Shown: positions 16,014-28,858, counted from the first letter of the stretch. The stretch: DNA of 64,000 nucleotides from Clostridia bacterium (GCA_017936745.1 JAGBEY010000011.1:8498-72497), one strand, 5' to 3'. The notes: generated by a model from the letters alone, not told the origin. Translations and numbers: made by a program.

Positions 16014-16040
16014 TTTTTTTGGTTTTAACATAATACGAGC
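16014..16040 (+). repeat. 5' half of repeat module B (no 3' half follows)
   Basis: TTTTTTTGGTTTTAACATAATACGAGC compared with TTTTTTTGTTCTAAYTTAATAYGAGM. Confidence 0.6.
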
Positions 16041-16146
16041 GAGTGCTAATACAGACTGGCATCCAGATTATACAGTCTTTATATAATAAATTAAAATATT
16101 GATTTACCAAGATAAAATAAAGACCATCTGAATAAGGAGGCAATCT

Positions 16147-16983
16147 ATGCTGAAAAAGATGTTTTCTTTCCTTTTGGTAGTTTTGATGCTATCATCCGTG
16201 ACTGCATTTGCCATAGATACTTATGGCGGTTATGATGTCCCCGTTGATATTGAAATAAACGGCAGCCTGATTCAGTGTGATCAAAAACCCGTGTTAATTG
16301 ATTCCACCACTTATATTCCGTTGCGTGCTTTTTCTGATGCTATTGGCGGTACAATTGGCTGGAATGCTGAAAAAAAAGAAGCAACTATGGAAAAAGGGGG
16401 ACACAGCTTTTTGTTTTCGCCCGAAACAAATACTTGTGTGATTGATGGCATAGAAGAAGGATATGCCTCTGTAATTTACAGAAGCAGGACTATGATTCCC
16501 GTTCGAGCCGTATCAGAAACCCTTGGATATGATGTGGAATGGGATGATTTTTATTTGACTGTGAAAATTACCGCACCGGGTGTTGAAATTCCGGAGGAGT
16601 GTCGGGACACATCCTACACCTATGAGGATATTTTGTATCTTGGGAAAATCACACGAATTGAAAGCGGATACCAGCATTTTGAAGTGCAACTGGGAGTTGC
16701 TGCAACGGTGATGAACCGGGTAAGGTCTCCTCAATTTCCCAATTCTGTAAAGGATGTTATCTTTGATAGCAAATATGGCGTTCAGTTTCCGCCGGCTCAT
16801 ACCGACAAATTTAATACAATGCCCTCAAAGGAAAGCATCATTGCTGCAAAATGTGCTCTGAATGGTGCCAATAATGTGGGAAATTCTCTTTATTTTATTG
16901 ATACCAAGCATGCGGCATCCTCTTGGGCACATCATCACAGACCGTATTACGGAGCTGTATATGATATGTCTTTTTATGAGTAG
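16147..16983 (+). CDS. secreted cell-wall hydrolase (copper-amine-oxidase-like N-domain plus SleB-type hydrolase domain)
   Basis: Signal peptide. Stalk domain (TTYIPLRAFSDAIGGTIGWN). C-terminal Hydrolase_2 motifs (GVAATVMNRVRSPQFPNSVKDVIF...QFPP). Confidence 0.75.
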   Translation: MLKKMFSFLLVVLMLSSVTAFAIDTYGGYDVPVDIEINGSLIQCDQKPVLIDSTTYIPLRAFSDAIGGTIGWNAEKKEATMEKGGHSFLFSPETNTCVIDGIEEGYASVIYRSRTMIPVRAVSETLGYDVEWDDFYLTVKITAPGVEIPEECRDTSYTYEDILYLGKITRIESGYQHFEVQLGVAATVMNRVRSPQFPNSVKDVIFDSKYGVQFPPAHTDKFNTMPSKESIIAAKCALNGANNVGNSLYFIDTKHAASSWAHHHRPYYGAVYDMSFYE

Positions 16984-17024
16984 ATTGCATTGAAAAAGCG
17001 AAAAAATTAAAGGAGAAAGAAATT

Positions 17025-17555
17025 TTGCATTTTTTAGGACATTTTAAAACCATCACTGCCCATAAACTGCTTGTGATGAAATATTGCTTTCGTTTGGGAC
17101 TTTATTGGCAGGGGCTATGCCACGATATGTCAAAGTATCTGCCCTCTGAATTTCTTGTGGGAGCAAAATATTATATCGGCACAGAAAGCCCCAACAACGA
17201 AGAACGGAAAGCAACAGGAGTTTCTACTGCCTGGCTGCATCATAAGGGCAGAAATAAGCACCATTTTGAATACTGGATGGATTACAGTGTCAATCGTCAA
17301 GAGGGAATTGTGGGGATGAAAATGCCCATAAATTATGTAGCAGAAATGTTTTGTGACCGTCTGGCAGCCTCCAAGAATTATCAAAAAGAAAAATATACGA
17401 AAAATCACCCCTGGGCGTATTATGAGCATTCTAAGCATCGCACCATTATTCATCCCGAAACCAGGGAAATTCTGGAAAAGCTCCTTCTGATGTTAAAGGA
17501 GGAGGGTGAGGATGCCACATTCACCTACATAAAAAAAGAATTGCTGAAACGATGA
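17025..17555 (+). CDS. DUF5662-like protein
   Basis: HFKTITAHKLLVMKYCFRLGLYWQGLCHDMSKY...WLHHKGRNKHHFEYW, the pattern I recall for DUF5662. TTG start after AAAGGAGAAAG. Confidence 0.5.
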   Translation: MHFLGHFKTITAHKLLVMKYCFRLGLYWQGLCHDMSKYLPSEFLVGAKYYIGTESPNNEERKATGVSTAWLHHKGRNKHHFEYWMDYSVNRQEGIVGMKMPINYVAEMFCDRLAASKNYQKEKYTKNHPWAYYEHSKHRTIIHPETREILEKLLLMLKEEGEDATFTYIKKELLKR

Positions 17556-17592
17556 AAAAAGCCGCATCTAATTTAAGATGCGGCTCTTTTTA
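17555..17592. terminator. bidirectional rho-independent terminator
   Basis: Stem AGCCGCATCT/AGATGCGGCT flanked by A6 and T5. Confidence 0.8.
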
Positions 17593-18999
17593 TTACAGTA
17601 ATTTATCACATTCCAAAAGCATCAGCATTGCGATTTCGGTTGCTTCTAAGAAACCTTCAATGGATAACAGCTCATCCGGCTGATGGAGATTTCCGTGTCC
17701 TTTCGGCAGAGAAAATGGAATTTCCTTTCGTACCATTGTGCCGATTTCCACCGCACAGGGCAGATGTCGTCCGTATGTGCCGCCGGCATTGACCAAGGTT
17801 TTTGCCTCCGTGTCACCGGTGTATGCTTTGTATACAGCAAGACACGCCTGAACCAATGGTAAATGCTCGGGAATCACATGGGTTGCCATGGTATGAGAAA
17901 AAGAAACCTCCCAGCCTTTTTCACCGAATTTGGTAAGCAAATCCTGCTTCAGAGCTTCGGGGTCTGTGGTAGAACCGAAACGGATATCAAATACTAAAGA
18001 AATGAACCCGTCTTTGACACGAGCAATGCCGTTGGTGCAGGTCAGCTTACCGAAATCAGGATCAACCGATTCAATAGAGAGTGCTTCGCCGTAAGATGTG
18101 CCCAGCAAGTTTTTTATAAATTGCATCTGTTCCCGGTCAGCTTGAGACAACACCTCACACTCGGACAGAATATCTGCCAGTAAAAAGCCAGCGTTTAAAG
18201 ACCCCTCCGGAAATGCACCGTGAGTAGATAAGCCCTCTGCGTAAAGAACGATGGTTCCGTTTTCTTTCGATACCGTTACAGAGTCGGTTTCTTTTTCTTT
18301 TAATGCTTCATATAAGCCGTCTTTTTCTTTTAGGGTTACGGTAGCTTTTCCCAAAATAATGTTAAAGGAAGTACCACCGTGAAAATCAAGGATATCGGTA
18401 AAAGCAGTTTTGGAGGTTGCAGTAGCCTGAAACATCCCCTTGTTGCCACGATATAACGGAAATTCGGAATCGCAAATCAGTGAAAAATCAGGTGCTTTGT
18501 GATTTTTTGCGTAGGTTTCAATATCCTGCATACCTGTTTCTTCGCTGATTCCCGTAAAGGATACAATTCTGCTTTTTATCGGAAGCTTCAGCTCTTTTAT
18601 CATCTTCATAATATAAAGAGAGGTAACCACTGCACATTTATCGTCTGATACTCCTCTGCCAATCAAAAATCCATCCTTTTCGGTGGCAGAAAAAGGGGAG
18701 CCGGCAACCCAGTCATCACCAGCTGCAACCACATCAGCATGTGCAAAAAGCCCAAGACTTGTATCATGATTTCCAAAATAAGAAAGCAGATAACCGTCTT
18801 TCGGATATGCCTCGGTTTCAAATCCGTTGGATTCATATAACTCTTTCACATAGTCCAGCACTTCGGCACATTCTTTGCCGAACGGGTATTCGGGGGATAC
18901 ATTTTGCTGCACTGAGGGGAATGAAACCAGCTTCTTTAAAAGTTCTGTCATTTCCTCTTTGTGAGACCAGATATATTCGTGAATTTGTTTCTGATACAT
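17593..18999 (-). CDS. M20-family dipeptidase (PepV/Sapep-like)
   Basis: 468 aa. M20 motifs (LFAHADVV, GRGVSDDKC, ISEETG). Confidence 0.8.
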   Translation of the reverse strand: MYQKQIHEYIWSHKEEMTELLKKLVSFPSVQQNVSPEYPFGKECAEVLDYVKELYESNGFETEAYPKDGYLLSYFGNHDTSLGLFAHADVVAAGDDWVAGSPFSATEKDGFLIGRGVSDDKCAVVTSLYIMKMIKELKLPIKSRIVSFTGISEETGMQDIETYAKNHKAPDFSLICDSEFPLYRGNKGMFQATATSKTAFTDILDFHGGTSFNIILGKATVTLKEKDGLYEALKEKETDSVTVSKENGTIVLYAEGLSTHGAFPEGSLNAGFLLADILSECEVLSQADREQMQFIKNLLGTSYGEALSIESVDPDFGKLTCTNGIARVKDGFISLVFDIRFGSTTDPEALKQDLLTKFGEKGWEVSFSHTMATHVIPEHLPLVQACLAVYKAYTGDTEAKTLVNAGGTYGRHLPCAVEIGTMVRKEIPFSLPKGHGNLHQPDELLSIEGFLEATEIAMLMLLECDKLL

Positions 19000-19041
19000 A
19001 ATGATTCTCCTTTTTTCTATTTTATGGGAAAAGCTATGGTT

Positions 19042-19860
19042 TTATACAAGAGAAAACCGTTTTAAAAGTTCCGCTTTTTTCTCTTTCAGTAAAACAAGCT
19101 CGGGCTTCCCGATGTAATTCAGATGATGGCGTTTCACCATTTCCTTTGCCCGTGCAAGATTATCTGCGTCAAAGGCATCCTTGGCAGTGTGAGCATCCAT
19201 TCCGAAGGTAACAGGGCAGCCCACAGCACCGGCAATCGAAAAGAACCGATCTCCGGGATACATACATAAGTCTCTGGCACCGTTGAAGTTAATTTCCAAG
19301 GGGATGTTATATTCCTTGGACGCGATGCAGATTTTCTTCATTTCCTCTTGATAGAGTGCCTGATTTTCGCCTCGGTAATCTAACAAATCCGGATGTGCTA
19401 CATAGCTGAAAATTCCCGTTTTCATCCCTTTCAGAACCGTGTCAACATATTCTTGCAAATCCTCGTCCCTGGTGGTGGGTGCTCCCGATGGATATCCATT
19501 CGGATATTCACTTTTCAGGTAGTGCTGCCCCAAAATTACATATTCAGCGTCATGGTCTAATGCAGATTTCAGCATTTGGGGAAAATACAGGGGATAATAT
19601 TCCATTTCGTAGCCGATTTTAATATCAATCTGGTCTTTATATTTCTCCCGAAGCCGGTTTGCTTCTTTCAGATATATGGGAACATTTTCCAAATTAATAC
19701 GGTAAAAGCTTGCTTCCCGACCGTCAGGAAACCGAAAGGGGAGGTGTTCCGAAAAACCGAGATAGCGGATGCCGTTTTCGATGGAGCGTTTTACATATTC
19801 TTCCATTTCACCACTTGCGTGATGACAATATTTTGTGTGTGTATGATAATTGTAATTCAT
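19042..19860 (-). CDS. PHP-domain histidinol-phosphatase family protein (HisJ-like)
   Basis: N-terminus MNYNYHTHTKYCHHA and later PHP metal-binding motifs (FSEHLP, AHPD, MDAHT). Confidence 0.8.
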   Translation of the reverse strand: MNYNYHTHTKYCHHASGEMEEYVKRSIENGIRYLGFSEHLPFRFPDGREASFYRINLENVPIYLKEANRLREKYKDQIDIKIGYEMEYYPLYFPQMLKSALDHDAEYVILGQHYLKSEYPNGYPSGAPTTRDEDLQEYVDTVLKGMKTGIFSYVAHPDLLDYRGENQALYQEEMKKICIASKEYNIPLEINFNGARDLCMYPGDRFFSIAGAVGCPVTFGMDAHTAKDAFDADNLARAKEMVKRHHLNYIGKPELVLLKEKKAELLKRFSLV

Positions 19861-19925
19861 AATGCAATCTCGCTTTCCTTACATTGTCGATTTTTATTAT
19901 ACCATCATTCAGAGAAGCTGTCAAC

Positions 19926-19962
19926 GAAAAAAGAACCGTTTTTCAGGAGAAAAAGGGTTCTT
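19926..19962 (-). terminator. rho-independent terminator of the atp operon
   Basis: On the minus strand, stem AGAACC/GGTTCT is followed by a T-run, directly after the atpC stop. Confidence 0.6.
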
Positions 19963-19969
19963 TTAACTC

Positions 19970-20232
19970 TTATTCTTCAAATTGGAACGACCCGGAAATC
20001 AAGGTGACAAGGTCTTTTCCAACCGTCAGCAAGCCGCCTTTTGCAGTTGCTTTTCGTTCGGTATCATCTGCCAGCCAAATTGTGACAGGAGCTTCCGCAA
20101 TGGAGGTTACAAAAGGGATGTGACCTGCCATAATAGCGAGGTCTCCCTCTGTTCCCCGAACGTCTAATTTGAACACATCTCCCTCAAACAAATTGCCATC
20201 GGGGGAGGAAATAATCAAGTGAAAGAAATTCA

Positions 20233-20233
<1 letters not shown>
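19970..20233 (-). CDS. atpC: F1 ATP synthase subunit epsilon, short form (87 aa, beta-sandwich only)
   Basis: LIISSPDGNLFEGDV..L.VRGTEGDLAIMAGHIPFVT matches the epsilon N-domain. Last gene of the atp operon. Confidence 0.85.
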
Positions 20234-22450
<2,217 letters not shown>

Positions 22451-22453
22451 TTG

Positions 22454-23944
22454 TTACACCTGCACTTTCGCAAGAATGTCTTTTAAGTTGTTTTCCAGTT
22501 CCTCGTCATAGTTGCCGTTTTCAATTTCTGTCAGCCAGGATTGGTATTCATTTTCCAATTTTTCAAAGAGCTTTTTCTCAAACTTTCTGACATCGGAAAC
22601 GGAAATAGTGTCCAGATATCCTTTGATGACCGCATACACAATAGCAACCTGACAGCCTACCCGAACGGGAGCATTTCTGCCTTGCTTCAATACTTCCACA
22701 ATTCGTTCTCCCAGTGCTAAACGGGCTTTGGTATCGGCATCTAAGTCACTTCCGAACTGCGCAAAGGACTGAAGCTCTCTGTACTGAGAATATAACAGCT
22801 TCAATTCTCCGGAAACCTTTTTCATTGCCTTAAGCTGAGCAGAACCCCCAACACGGCTGACTGAAATTCCGGGGTTAATTGCTGGCATAATACCGGAGTG
22901 GAATAATTCGGTTTCTAAGAAAATCTGACCGTCGGTAATAGAAATTACATTGGTAGGAATATAGGCAGATACATCGCCTGCCTGAGTTTCAATAATGGGG
23001 AGTGCGGTAATAGACCCACCGCCGTATTCCTTTGCCACACACGCAGCTCGTTCCAGCAGTCTGGAATGGAGATAGAATACATCGCCCGGATAGGCTTCAC
23101 GGCCCGGAGGACGGCGAATGAGCAGGGAAAGGGCACGGTATGCTACCGCATGCTTACTTAAATCATCATAAATAATGAGAACATCTTTTCCTTGCTCTCT
23201 GAAATATTCTGCCATTGCACAACCGCTGTAGGGGGCAATATACTGAAGGGGTGCACTTTCCGCCGCAGTTGCAGAAACAATAATGGTATATTCCAAAGCA
23301 CCGTTTCGTTCCAGCTCACTTGCCAGCTTTGCAACCGAGGTGCTTTTTTGTCCGATAGCAACATAAATACAGATAACGTCGGAATGTTTCTGATTGATTA
23401 TGGTATCAATGGCGATTTCGGTTTTCCCGGTCTGACGGTCACCGATAATCAACTCACGTTGACCTCGGCCAATGGGAATCATACTGTCAATGGCTTTGAT
23501 TCCCGTCTGGAGCGGTACATTGACACTTTCTCTTTCGATAATACCCGGTGCTTCCGATTCGATGGGACGGGTAGCACTGTATTTGATGGGTCCTTTTCCG
23601 TCGATAGGTTCTCCTAAGGCGTTCACAACTCTGCCCAGAAGTTCTTCCCCAACGGGAACAGACAAAACATTTCCTGTGCGTGATACCGTTGCACCCTCAC
23701 GGATATTATTTTTGTTGGACAAAATAGCAACCGAAACGGATTCTTCTTCTAAGTTCTGTGCTACACCAAAGCTTCCGTCATCAAATTCCAAAAGTTCATT
23801 TGCCATACAATTTTTCAGTCCGTATACTTGTGCGATTCCGTCTCCTACTAAGATAACCTTTCCGGTTTCTTCCATCTGCACACGGGATTTATAGCTTTCA
23901 ATCTGTGTTTTTATAATCTGGCTGATTTGTGCAGGATTGTTCAT
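22454..23944 (-). CDS. atpA: F1 ATP synthase subunit alpha
   Basis: Walker [16 protein letters not shown]. 496 aa. Confidence 0.95.
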   Translation of the reverse strand: MNNPAQISQIIKTQIESYKSRVQMEETGKVILVGDGIAQVYGLKNCMANELLEFDDGSFGVAQNLEEESVSVAILSNKNNIREGATVSRTGNVLSVPVGEELLGRVVNALGEPIDGKGPIKYSATRPIESEAPGIIERESVNVPLQTGIKAIDSMIPIGRGQRELIIGDRQTGKTEIAIDTIINQKHSDVICIYVAIGQKSTSVAKLASELERNGALEYTIIVSATAAESAPLQYIAPYSGCAMAEYFREQGKDVLIIYDDLSKHAVAYRALSLLIRRPPGREAYPGDVFYLHSRLLERAACVAKEYGGGSITALPIIETQAGDVSAYIPTNVISITDGQIFLETELFHSGIMPAINPGISVSRVGGSAQLKAMKKVSGELKLLYSQYRELQSFAQFGSDLDADTKARLALGERIVEVLKQGRNAPVRVGCQVAIVYAVIKGYLDTISVSDVRKFEKKLFEKLENEYQSWLTEIENGNYDEELENNLKDILAKVQV

Positions 23945-24480
23945 GTTTTTATCACTTCCTTCAAGCTTTGTAAGCCTTTTACAATGGTTCCGTCCAATAC
24001 GTTATCCTCCAGTTCAATGCGGAGTCCGCCAATCAGAGAGGAGTCTGTCTTGTAAATGGGACAAAGGTGTTTGTGGTATTTTGCTTCCAGCTTTTGTATG
24101 AGTTTTTCTTTTTGCGCGTCTGTGAGTGCGATGGCGGAGGTTACCGTAGCGGTTACCGTGTTGGACACAGCCATTTCCAGTTTAAAAAATTCTTTGATAC
24201 TGTCAGGCAGGATTGTAATATGTCCATTTTCGCAGAGTAATTTCAGATACGAAACGATTTCCTCCGGCATGGAGTTACCGAATGCTTCTTCAATTGCCGT
24301 AAGCCGCTCGTGCAGGGGAAGGGCAGGAGTTTTGAGATAAGAGCAATAATCGGGATGCTTTGTAAGAAGAGCTTCCAATTGTTCAAATTTCTCAGCAAAT
24401 TCCGTTACCTTTTTCTGCTCCAGCGCAATGGAAAAGATAGCTTCGGCATAAGCTTTACTTATCTGCTTCATGTTATTCAC
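23941..24480 (-). CDS. atpH: F1 ATP synthase subunit delta (OSCP)
   Basis: Operon position. 179 aa. C-terminal [18 protein letters not shown] motif. Confidence 0.85.
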   Translation of the reverse strand: MNNMKQISKAYAEAIFSIALEQKKVTEFAEKFEQLEALLTKHPDYCSYLKTPALPLHERLTAIEEAFGNSMPEEIVSYLKLLCENGHITILPDSIKEFFKLEMAVSNTVTATVTSAIALTDAQKEKLIQKLEAKYHKHLCPIYKTDSSLIGGLRIELEDNVLDGTIVKGLQSLKEVIKT

Positions 24481-24970
24481 CTATATTGTCCAGGAATGTA
24501 TCAATCATATCCTTGTGGTCTTGGGCAGAAACTTCTCGTTTCAGCAGCTTTTCTGCCATTACTGTACCCACGGAAATGATTTCTTCCCGAATGGTTTCTT
24601 CTGCTTTTTTCAGCTCAAGCTCCGCATTTGCTTCTGCCTGACGCAGGATACCGTCGGCTTTTTCTTTTGCATCGGCAAGGATTTCAGATTCACGTCTTTG
24701 AGCACTCAAAACCGCAGACTGAAGTAAGCTGTCAGCTTCTTCTTCGGCGTGAGACAGCTTTTCTTCATACAGTTTTTGGTCTGAGAAGGCTTTTTCTTTT
24801 GCATCCTCTGCCTGCTTGTAATCATTGTCAATGGTTGCCTGACGGCTTGCAAGCATCTTTTTTACGGGCTGATATAAGAATTTTTTCACCAGTAAATAAA
24901 GAATGAGAAGATTCAAAAGAGCATAGAGCATCTCCCAGATATTGATAGAAATAATTGGTAATGTTTGCAT
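24473..24970 (-). CDS. atpF: Fo ATP synthase subunit b
   Basis: One N-terminal TM segment plus a long charged helix. Operon position. Confidence 0.85.
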   Translation of the reverse strand: MQTLPIISINIWEMLYALLNLLILYLLVKKFLYQPVKKMLASRQATIDNDYKQAEDAKEKAFSDQKLYEEKLSHAEEEADSLLQSAVLSAQRRESEILADAKEKADGILRQAEANAELELKKAEETIREEIISVGTVMAEKLLKREVSAQDHKDMIDTFLDNIGE

Positions 24971-24994
24971 TCTAAAGGCTCCCTGCAGTTTTAT

Positions 24995-25300
<306 letters not shown>

Positions 25301-25326
25301 TTATTTAGCATTAAATTTTTCACTGT

Positions 25327-26220
25327 TTATGTGGTTTGTTTTTTGATTTGTTTCCTTTGTTTTCTTTTTTCGTATTCATCCATAGGAAATGCTCCTGCCA
25401 CATTCATCATAGTGAGCATTGCAAAGATAAATGCCTGCAGACACCCTGAGAATACATCAAAATAGATGGATAATACTGCCGGAATACCCACCCGAAGCCA
25501 TGAGATTTCTCCTAAAAATCCGGGAAGCCATCCCAGCACCAGATGAGAAAGACCGCTTAAGCCAACTGCAATCAGGGTGGAAATTACCGTTCCCGACAGA
25601 ATGTTTCCGTAATGACGGAAGCTCATGGAAATCGGGGTTGCAAATTCGCTTAAGAAGTTGATGGGAGCAAGGAGTGCGATGGGTTCTGTAAAGCTCTTGA
25701 GGTAATAAAGAGGGCCGCATTTCATTTTATAGTAGGTAATTAAGATAAATACCAAAATTGCCCATCCGCCCACCACGTTGATGTCGGAGGTAGGGGGAAA
25801 CAAGCCGATTAACGAGCTAAGGCTGGATACAGCCGACAAAGCCAGCATCGCGATAATAAACGGGGAATATCCCATAAAATATTCGCCCATATTTTCATTT
25901 ACCAAGCCGTCCACCTTTTCTACAATCAGCTCTGCAAAATGCTGACGTTTTAACTTCACTCTTTCGTGGATGCCGTGAGTCATATACAAACAGAAAAAGA
26001 AGATGGTTACTGTAACTAACAGGGAGTTTATCTGGGATTCCGTTACATAAAAATCCTGCAGCGGCATGGGAATGGTGAAAAAGATACGTGCCCCCGTCAG
26101 AGTAATGCCCTCTGCCATAGGTTTGGTAAGTATCTGAAGCACCATACCAATTGCAAGAGGTACAATCATCATTATAATGTAAAAAATGTCCCAGAGCCGG
26201 AAACTGCGTCTGGTTTTCAT
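25327..26220 (-). CDS. atpB: Fo ATP synthase subunit a
   Basis: Polytopic. Conserved Arg motif region SMSFRHYGNILSG. Operon position. Confidence 0.9.
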   Translation of the reverse strand: MKTRRSFRLWDIFYIIMMIVPLAIGMVLQILTKPMAEGITLTGARIFFTIPMPLQDFYVTESQINSLLVTVTIFFFCLYMTHGIHERVKLKRQHFAELIVEKVDGLVNENMGEYFMGYSPFIIAMLALSAVSSLSSLIGLFPPTSDINVVGGWAILVFILITYYKMKCGPLYYLKSFTEPIALLAPINFLSEFATPISMSFRHYGNILSGTVISTLIAVGLSGLSHLVLGWLPGFLGEISWLRVGIPAVLSIYFDVFSGCLQAFIFAMLTMMNVAGAFPMDEYEKRKQRKQIKKQTT

Positions 26221-26239
26221 AAACGATCACCTCGTATGA

Positions 26240-26620
26240 TTAGTCTTTTCTGAGAATGGGATGTAAAAAAATTGCAATGCGGGGAAACAAAAGGGGAATC
26301 ACTACCGCCAGGGTGTGAAACCAGGGCAGCAAAAAGCCGACCCCTGCAATGACAAATAGCATCAGCATTCTTGCCGATTGAGAAAAACGAATTAAATTTT
26401 TTGCATCTTTTTCCTCTTTTGTAATGGCATTTTGCACCGTCAGCCCCATCAGAAAGAAATTCAGCACTGCACCAAGGGCACCCCATAAATTCCCCAGTAA
26501 CACAAAAACATTCCATTTTCCCAGTGCGAGAAAGATTCCTTCCATTACCACACTGAAAACCAGTGTAATGCCAAAAATATAACGGGTTTCTTTCAAAACG
26601 GTTGCATCAATTTTTTTCAT
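26240..26620 (-). CDS. atpI: ATP synthase protein I (AtpI-like)
   Basis: 126-aa, 4-TM protein. First gene of the atp operon. Confidence 0.7.
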   Translation of the reverse strand: MKKIDATVLKETRYIFGITLVFSVVMEGIFLALGKWNVFVLLGNLWGALGAVLNFFLMGLTVQNAITKEEKDAKNLIRFSQSARMLMLFVIAGVGFLLPWFHTLAVVIPLLFPRIAIFLHPILRKD

Positions 26621-26675
26621 AAGATTGTAACCCCATTTATCTTAAATCATAGTATACATCGTTACGGTTAAATTC

Positions 26676-26704
26676 ATTCTATCTTATTTTGGTAAAAATT
26701 GCAA
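26676..26704 (-). promoter_or_regulatory. sigma-A-type promoter of the atp operon
   Basis: On the minus strand: TTGCAA, 17 nt, TAGAAT. Confidence 0.5.
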
Positions 26705-26741
26705 GAAAAAACACAAAAAAAAATTGACTTTCCGGAAAAAT

Positions 26742-26776
26742 AAAAAAATCCCTGCAACTTATCTGGATTGCAGGGA
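26742..26776 (-). terminator. rho-independent terminator overlapping the yolD-like stop
   Basis: On the minus strand, stem TCCCTGCAA/TTGCAGGGA is followed by T7. Confidence 0.75.
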
Positions 26777-27214
26777 TGGGATTTCTTGCCCGATTTCGCA
26801 GAATAACGGACTGTTAACCGAATGAATCTGCTTCATAAAAAGCATTTCACCGTCTGAAAACACAATCGCTTGTTCATAGGTCAAAATTTTTGCTAAATTT
26901 CCGGTTTTGACAGCATAACTTCCGCCTTCCTTTTTTTGGTCTTTGATAAAATAAGTCACAGAAATTTCCGGATTTTCGGATAAATGCTCTCTAAGGTAAC
27001 AAAATTTTCGGTTCAGAATTTCTTTCGCGGTGTCATCCAAGAGAATTTCTTCTTCGGTGACACGGGCGGTTTCCTCCACTTGTTCCTCGTGCCCCGTGAG
27101 GGCAGCGAAGGGGGCAAACTGTGCAGCGTGCAAGACCTTATCGGGAAAATCCCGTTCTATTTCCTCGTTGGGATAGGGGAGATTTAAAATGTCGTTATAA
27201 GGAAATTGGCTCAT
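26759..27214 (-). CDS. YolD-like protein (partner of Y-family polymerases)
   Basis: FAPFAALTGHEE...ISVTYF..DQKKEGGSY pattern. RBS AAAGGAGGG precedes ATG 27214. Lies downstream of the polymerase gene. Confidence 0.7.
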   Translation of the reverse strand: MSQFPYNDILNLPYPNEEIERDFPDKVLHAAQFAPFAALTGHEEQVEETARVTEEEILLDDTAKEILNRKFCYLREHLSENPEISVTYFIKDQKKEGGSYAVKTGNLAKILTYEQAIVFSDGEMLFMKQIHSVNSPLFCEIGQEIPSLQSR

Positions 27215-27230
27215 AGGATAGTCCCTCCTT

Positions 27231-28736
27231 TTATGCTTTGTGACCGCCAATCTGACGGTTTCTGTCCTTGGCGGTTGCTCCCTCTTGTAAATTTGCCCCT
27301 TTCATAATGGCGTTTTTTCCGTAACGGGATTTGATACCAAGCATAGTTTCCTGAATTTTTCGTTCTTTTTTCAGCATTTTTTCCGCTTGCTCTTTTTGGT
27401 TTGCCTGAGCAGTGTAATCGGTAAAAAAATTCAGTTGTTCATAGCTTATATTTTCTTTTACTTCACTTTCCAAAATCAGACGGTTGGCAGATATGGTCAG
27501 CCTTCTTATGGTAAGCGATGGGTCTGTAATATTGTCGTAGGCTTTTAAAACCGCATCACACAACAGCTTGCCGGAGGAGGTTTGTCTGTCTAAGTTGACG
27601 GTAGTGTGAGCGTGCTTTGGGGTTTTTCTGCCGTAGCGGTCGGTGGTGATTTCCCCTTTGTATTTTTTGGATTGCTGTTTCAGATTTTCCACATCGTAGC
27701 CAACAGTGAGTACCAGCTGGTTGGTGACCAACTGTTTTTCCACCAAATCCAATGCTAAATTTTCCAGCATTTCCCACAATACCAGCCGTGCAGTTTCAAA
27801 GGGATAGGGTTCAGATAACACCTGCGAGGTGCAAATGCTTTTGGTTTCCGGGGTGTATGCTTTTGCCTCTTTGATAGTGGTTGGTTCGTAGCCCCAGGCA
27901 TGGTCTATCAGTAATTTGGCATTGATACCAAAGAGCTTTTTCAGTTTTTCTCTGCCATAAGGGGAGAGGGAAGCACGTGCCACATCTCCCATCGTATAAA
28001 AACGGTTTGCTTCCAGTTTTTTTGCGATACCACCGCCAACTCTCCAGAAATCAGTGAGAGGCTGATGCTCCCAAAGCTGGGTGCGATAGGTCAGCTCGTC
28101 TAAGGCAGCAATTCGGACTCCATCCTTGTCGGGCGGCATCTTTTTTGCGGTGATGTCCATTGCAATTTTTGCAAGATACAAATTCGTGCCGATGCCTGCC
28201 GTTGCGGTAATTCCCGTTGTTTTTAATACATCACGGAGGATGGTTACCGCAAGCTCATAAGCTGTCATTTGGTATCGCGGGAGATAGCTTGTGATATCCA
28301 GAAACACCTCGTCAATAGAGTATACCAAAATATCCTCGTGAGCGATATATTTGAGATATACATTATAGATGCGGGTGCTGTATTCCATATAGTGTGCCAT
28401 GCGGGGCGGAGCAACAATATAGCTGAGAGCAAGAGCCGGATTTTCTGCCAGCTCATCAGCATGGTACGATTCGCCTATGAATTGATGACCGGGAGCTTTT
28501 TGTAAGCGACGTTCATTTTCTTTTTTCACTTGGGAAACTACCTCAAACAGCCTTGCTCTGCCCGAAATTCCATAGGCTTTCAAGGAAGGAGTAACCGCCA
28601 GACAGATGGTTTTTTCGGTTCGACTTTCGTCGGCAACCACCAGATTGGTTTTCATAGGGTCCAACCCTCGTTCCATACATTCCACAGAAGCATAAAAGCT
28701 TTTTAAATCAATGCAAAGGTAGGTTTTTTCACTCAT
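27231..28736 (-). CDS. Y-family DNA polymerase (UvrX/DinB-like translesion polymerase)
   Basis: N-terminus YLCIDLKSFYASVECMERGLDP and SIDEVFLDIT catalytic motifs. 501 aa. Confidence 0.9.
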   Translation of the reverse strand: MSEKTYLCIDLKSFYASVECMERGLDPMKTNLVVADESRTEKTICLAVTPSLKAYGISGRARLFEVVSQVKKENERRLQKAPGHQFIGESYHADELAENPALALSYIVAPPRMAHYMEYSTRIYNVYLKYIAHEDILVYSIDEVFLDITSYLPRYQMTAYELAVTILRDVLKTTGITATAGIGTNLYLAKIAMDITAKKMPPDKDGVRIAALDELTYRTQLWEHQPLTDFWRVGGGIAKKLEANRFYTMGDVARASLSPYGREKLKKLFGINAKLLIDHAWGYEPTTIKEAKAYTPETKSICTSQVLSEPYPFETARLVLWEMLENLALDLVEKQLVTNQLVLTVGYDVENLKQQSKKYKGEITTDRYGRKTPKHAHTTVNLDRQTSSGKLLCDAVLKAYDNITDPSLTIRRLTISANRLILESEVKENISYEQLNFFTDYTAQANQKEQAEKMLKKERKIQETMLGIKSRYGKNAIMKGANLQEGATAKDRNRQIGGHKA

Positions 28737-28769
28737 TTTTATGCTCCTTTCTTATGGTTTTTCGTAATT

Positions 28770-28798
28770 AGTATATCACATTTTTTTCAGTTTCGCAA
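28770..28798 (-). promoter_or_regulatory. sigma-A-type promoter of the polymerase/yolD-like operon
   Basis: On the minus strand: TTGCGA, 17 nt, TATACT. Confidence 0.45.
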
Positions 28799-28830
28799 CT
28801 CGAGATAAGAAAATTGAGAAAAATATGAGA

Positions 28831-28858
28831 AAAACGGCAGAAAATTTTCTGCCGTTTT
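28831..28858. terminator. rho-independent terminator (palindromic)
   Basis: AAAACGGCAGAAAAT/ATTTTCTGCCGTTTT, downstream of the 28875 gene. Confidence 0.75.
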
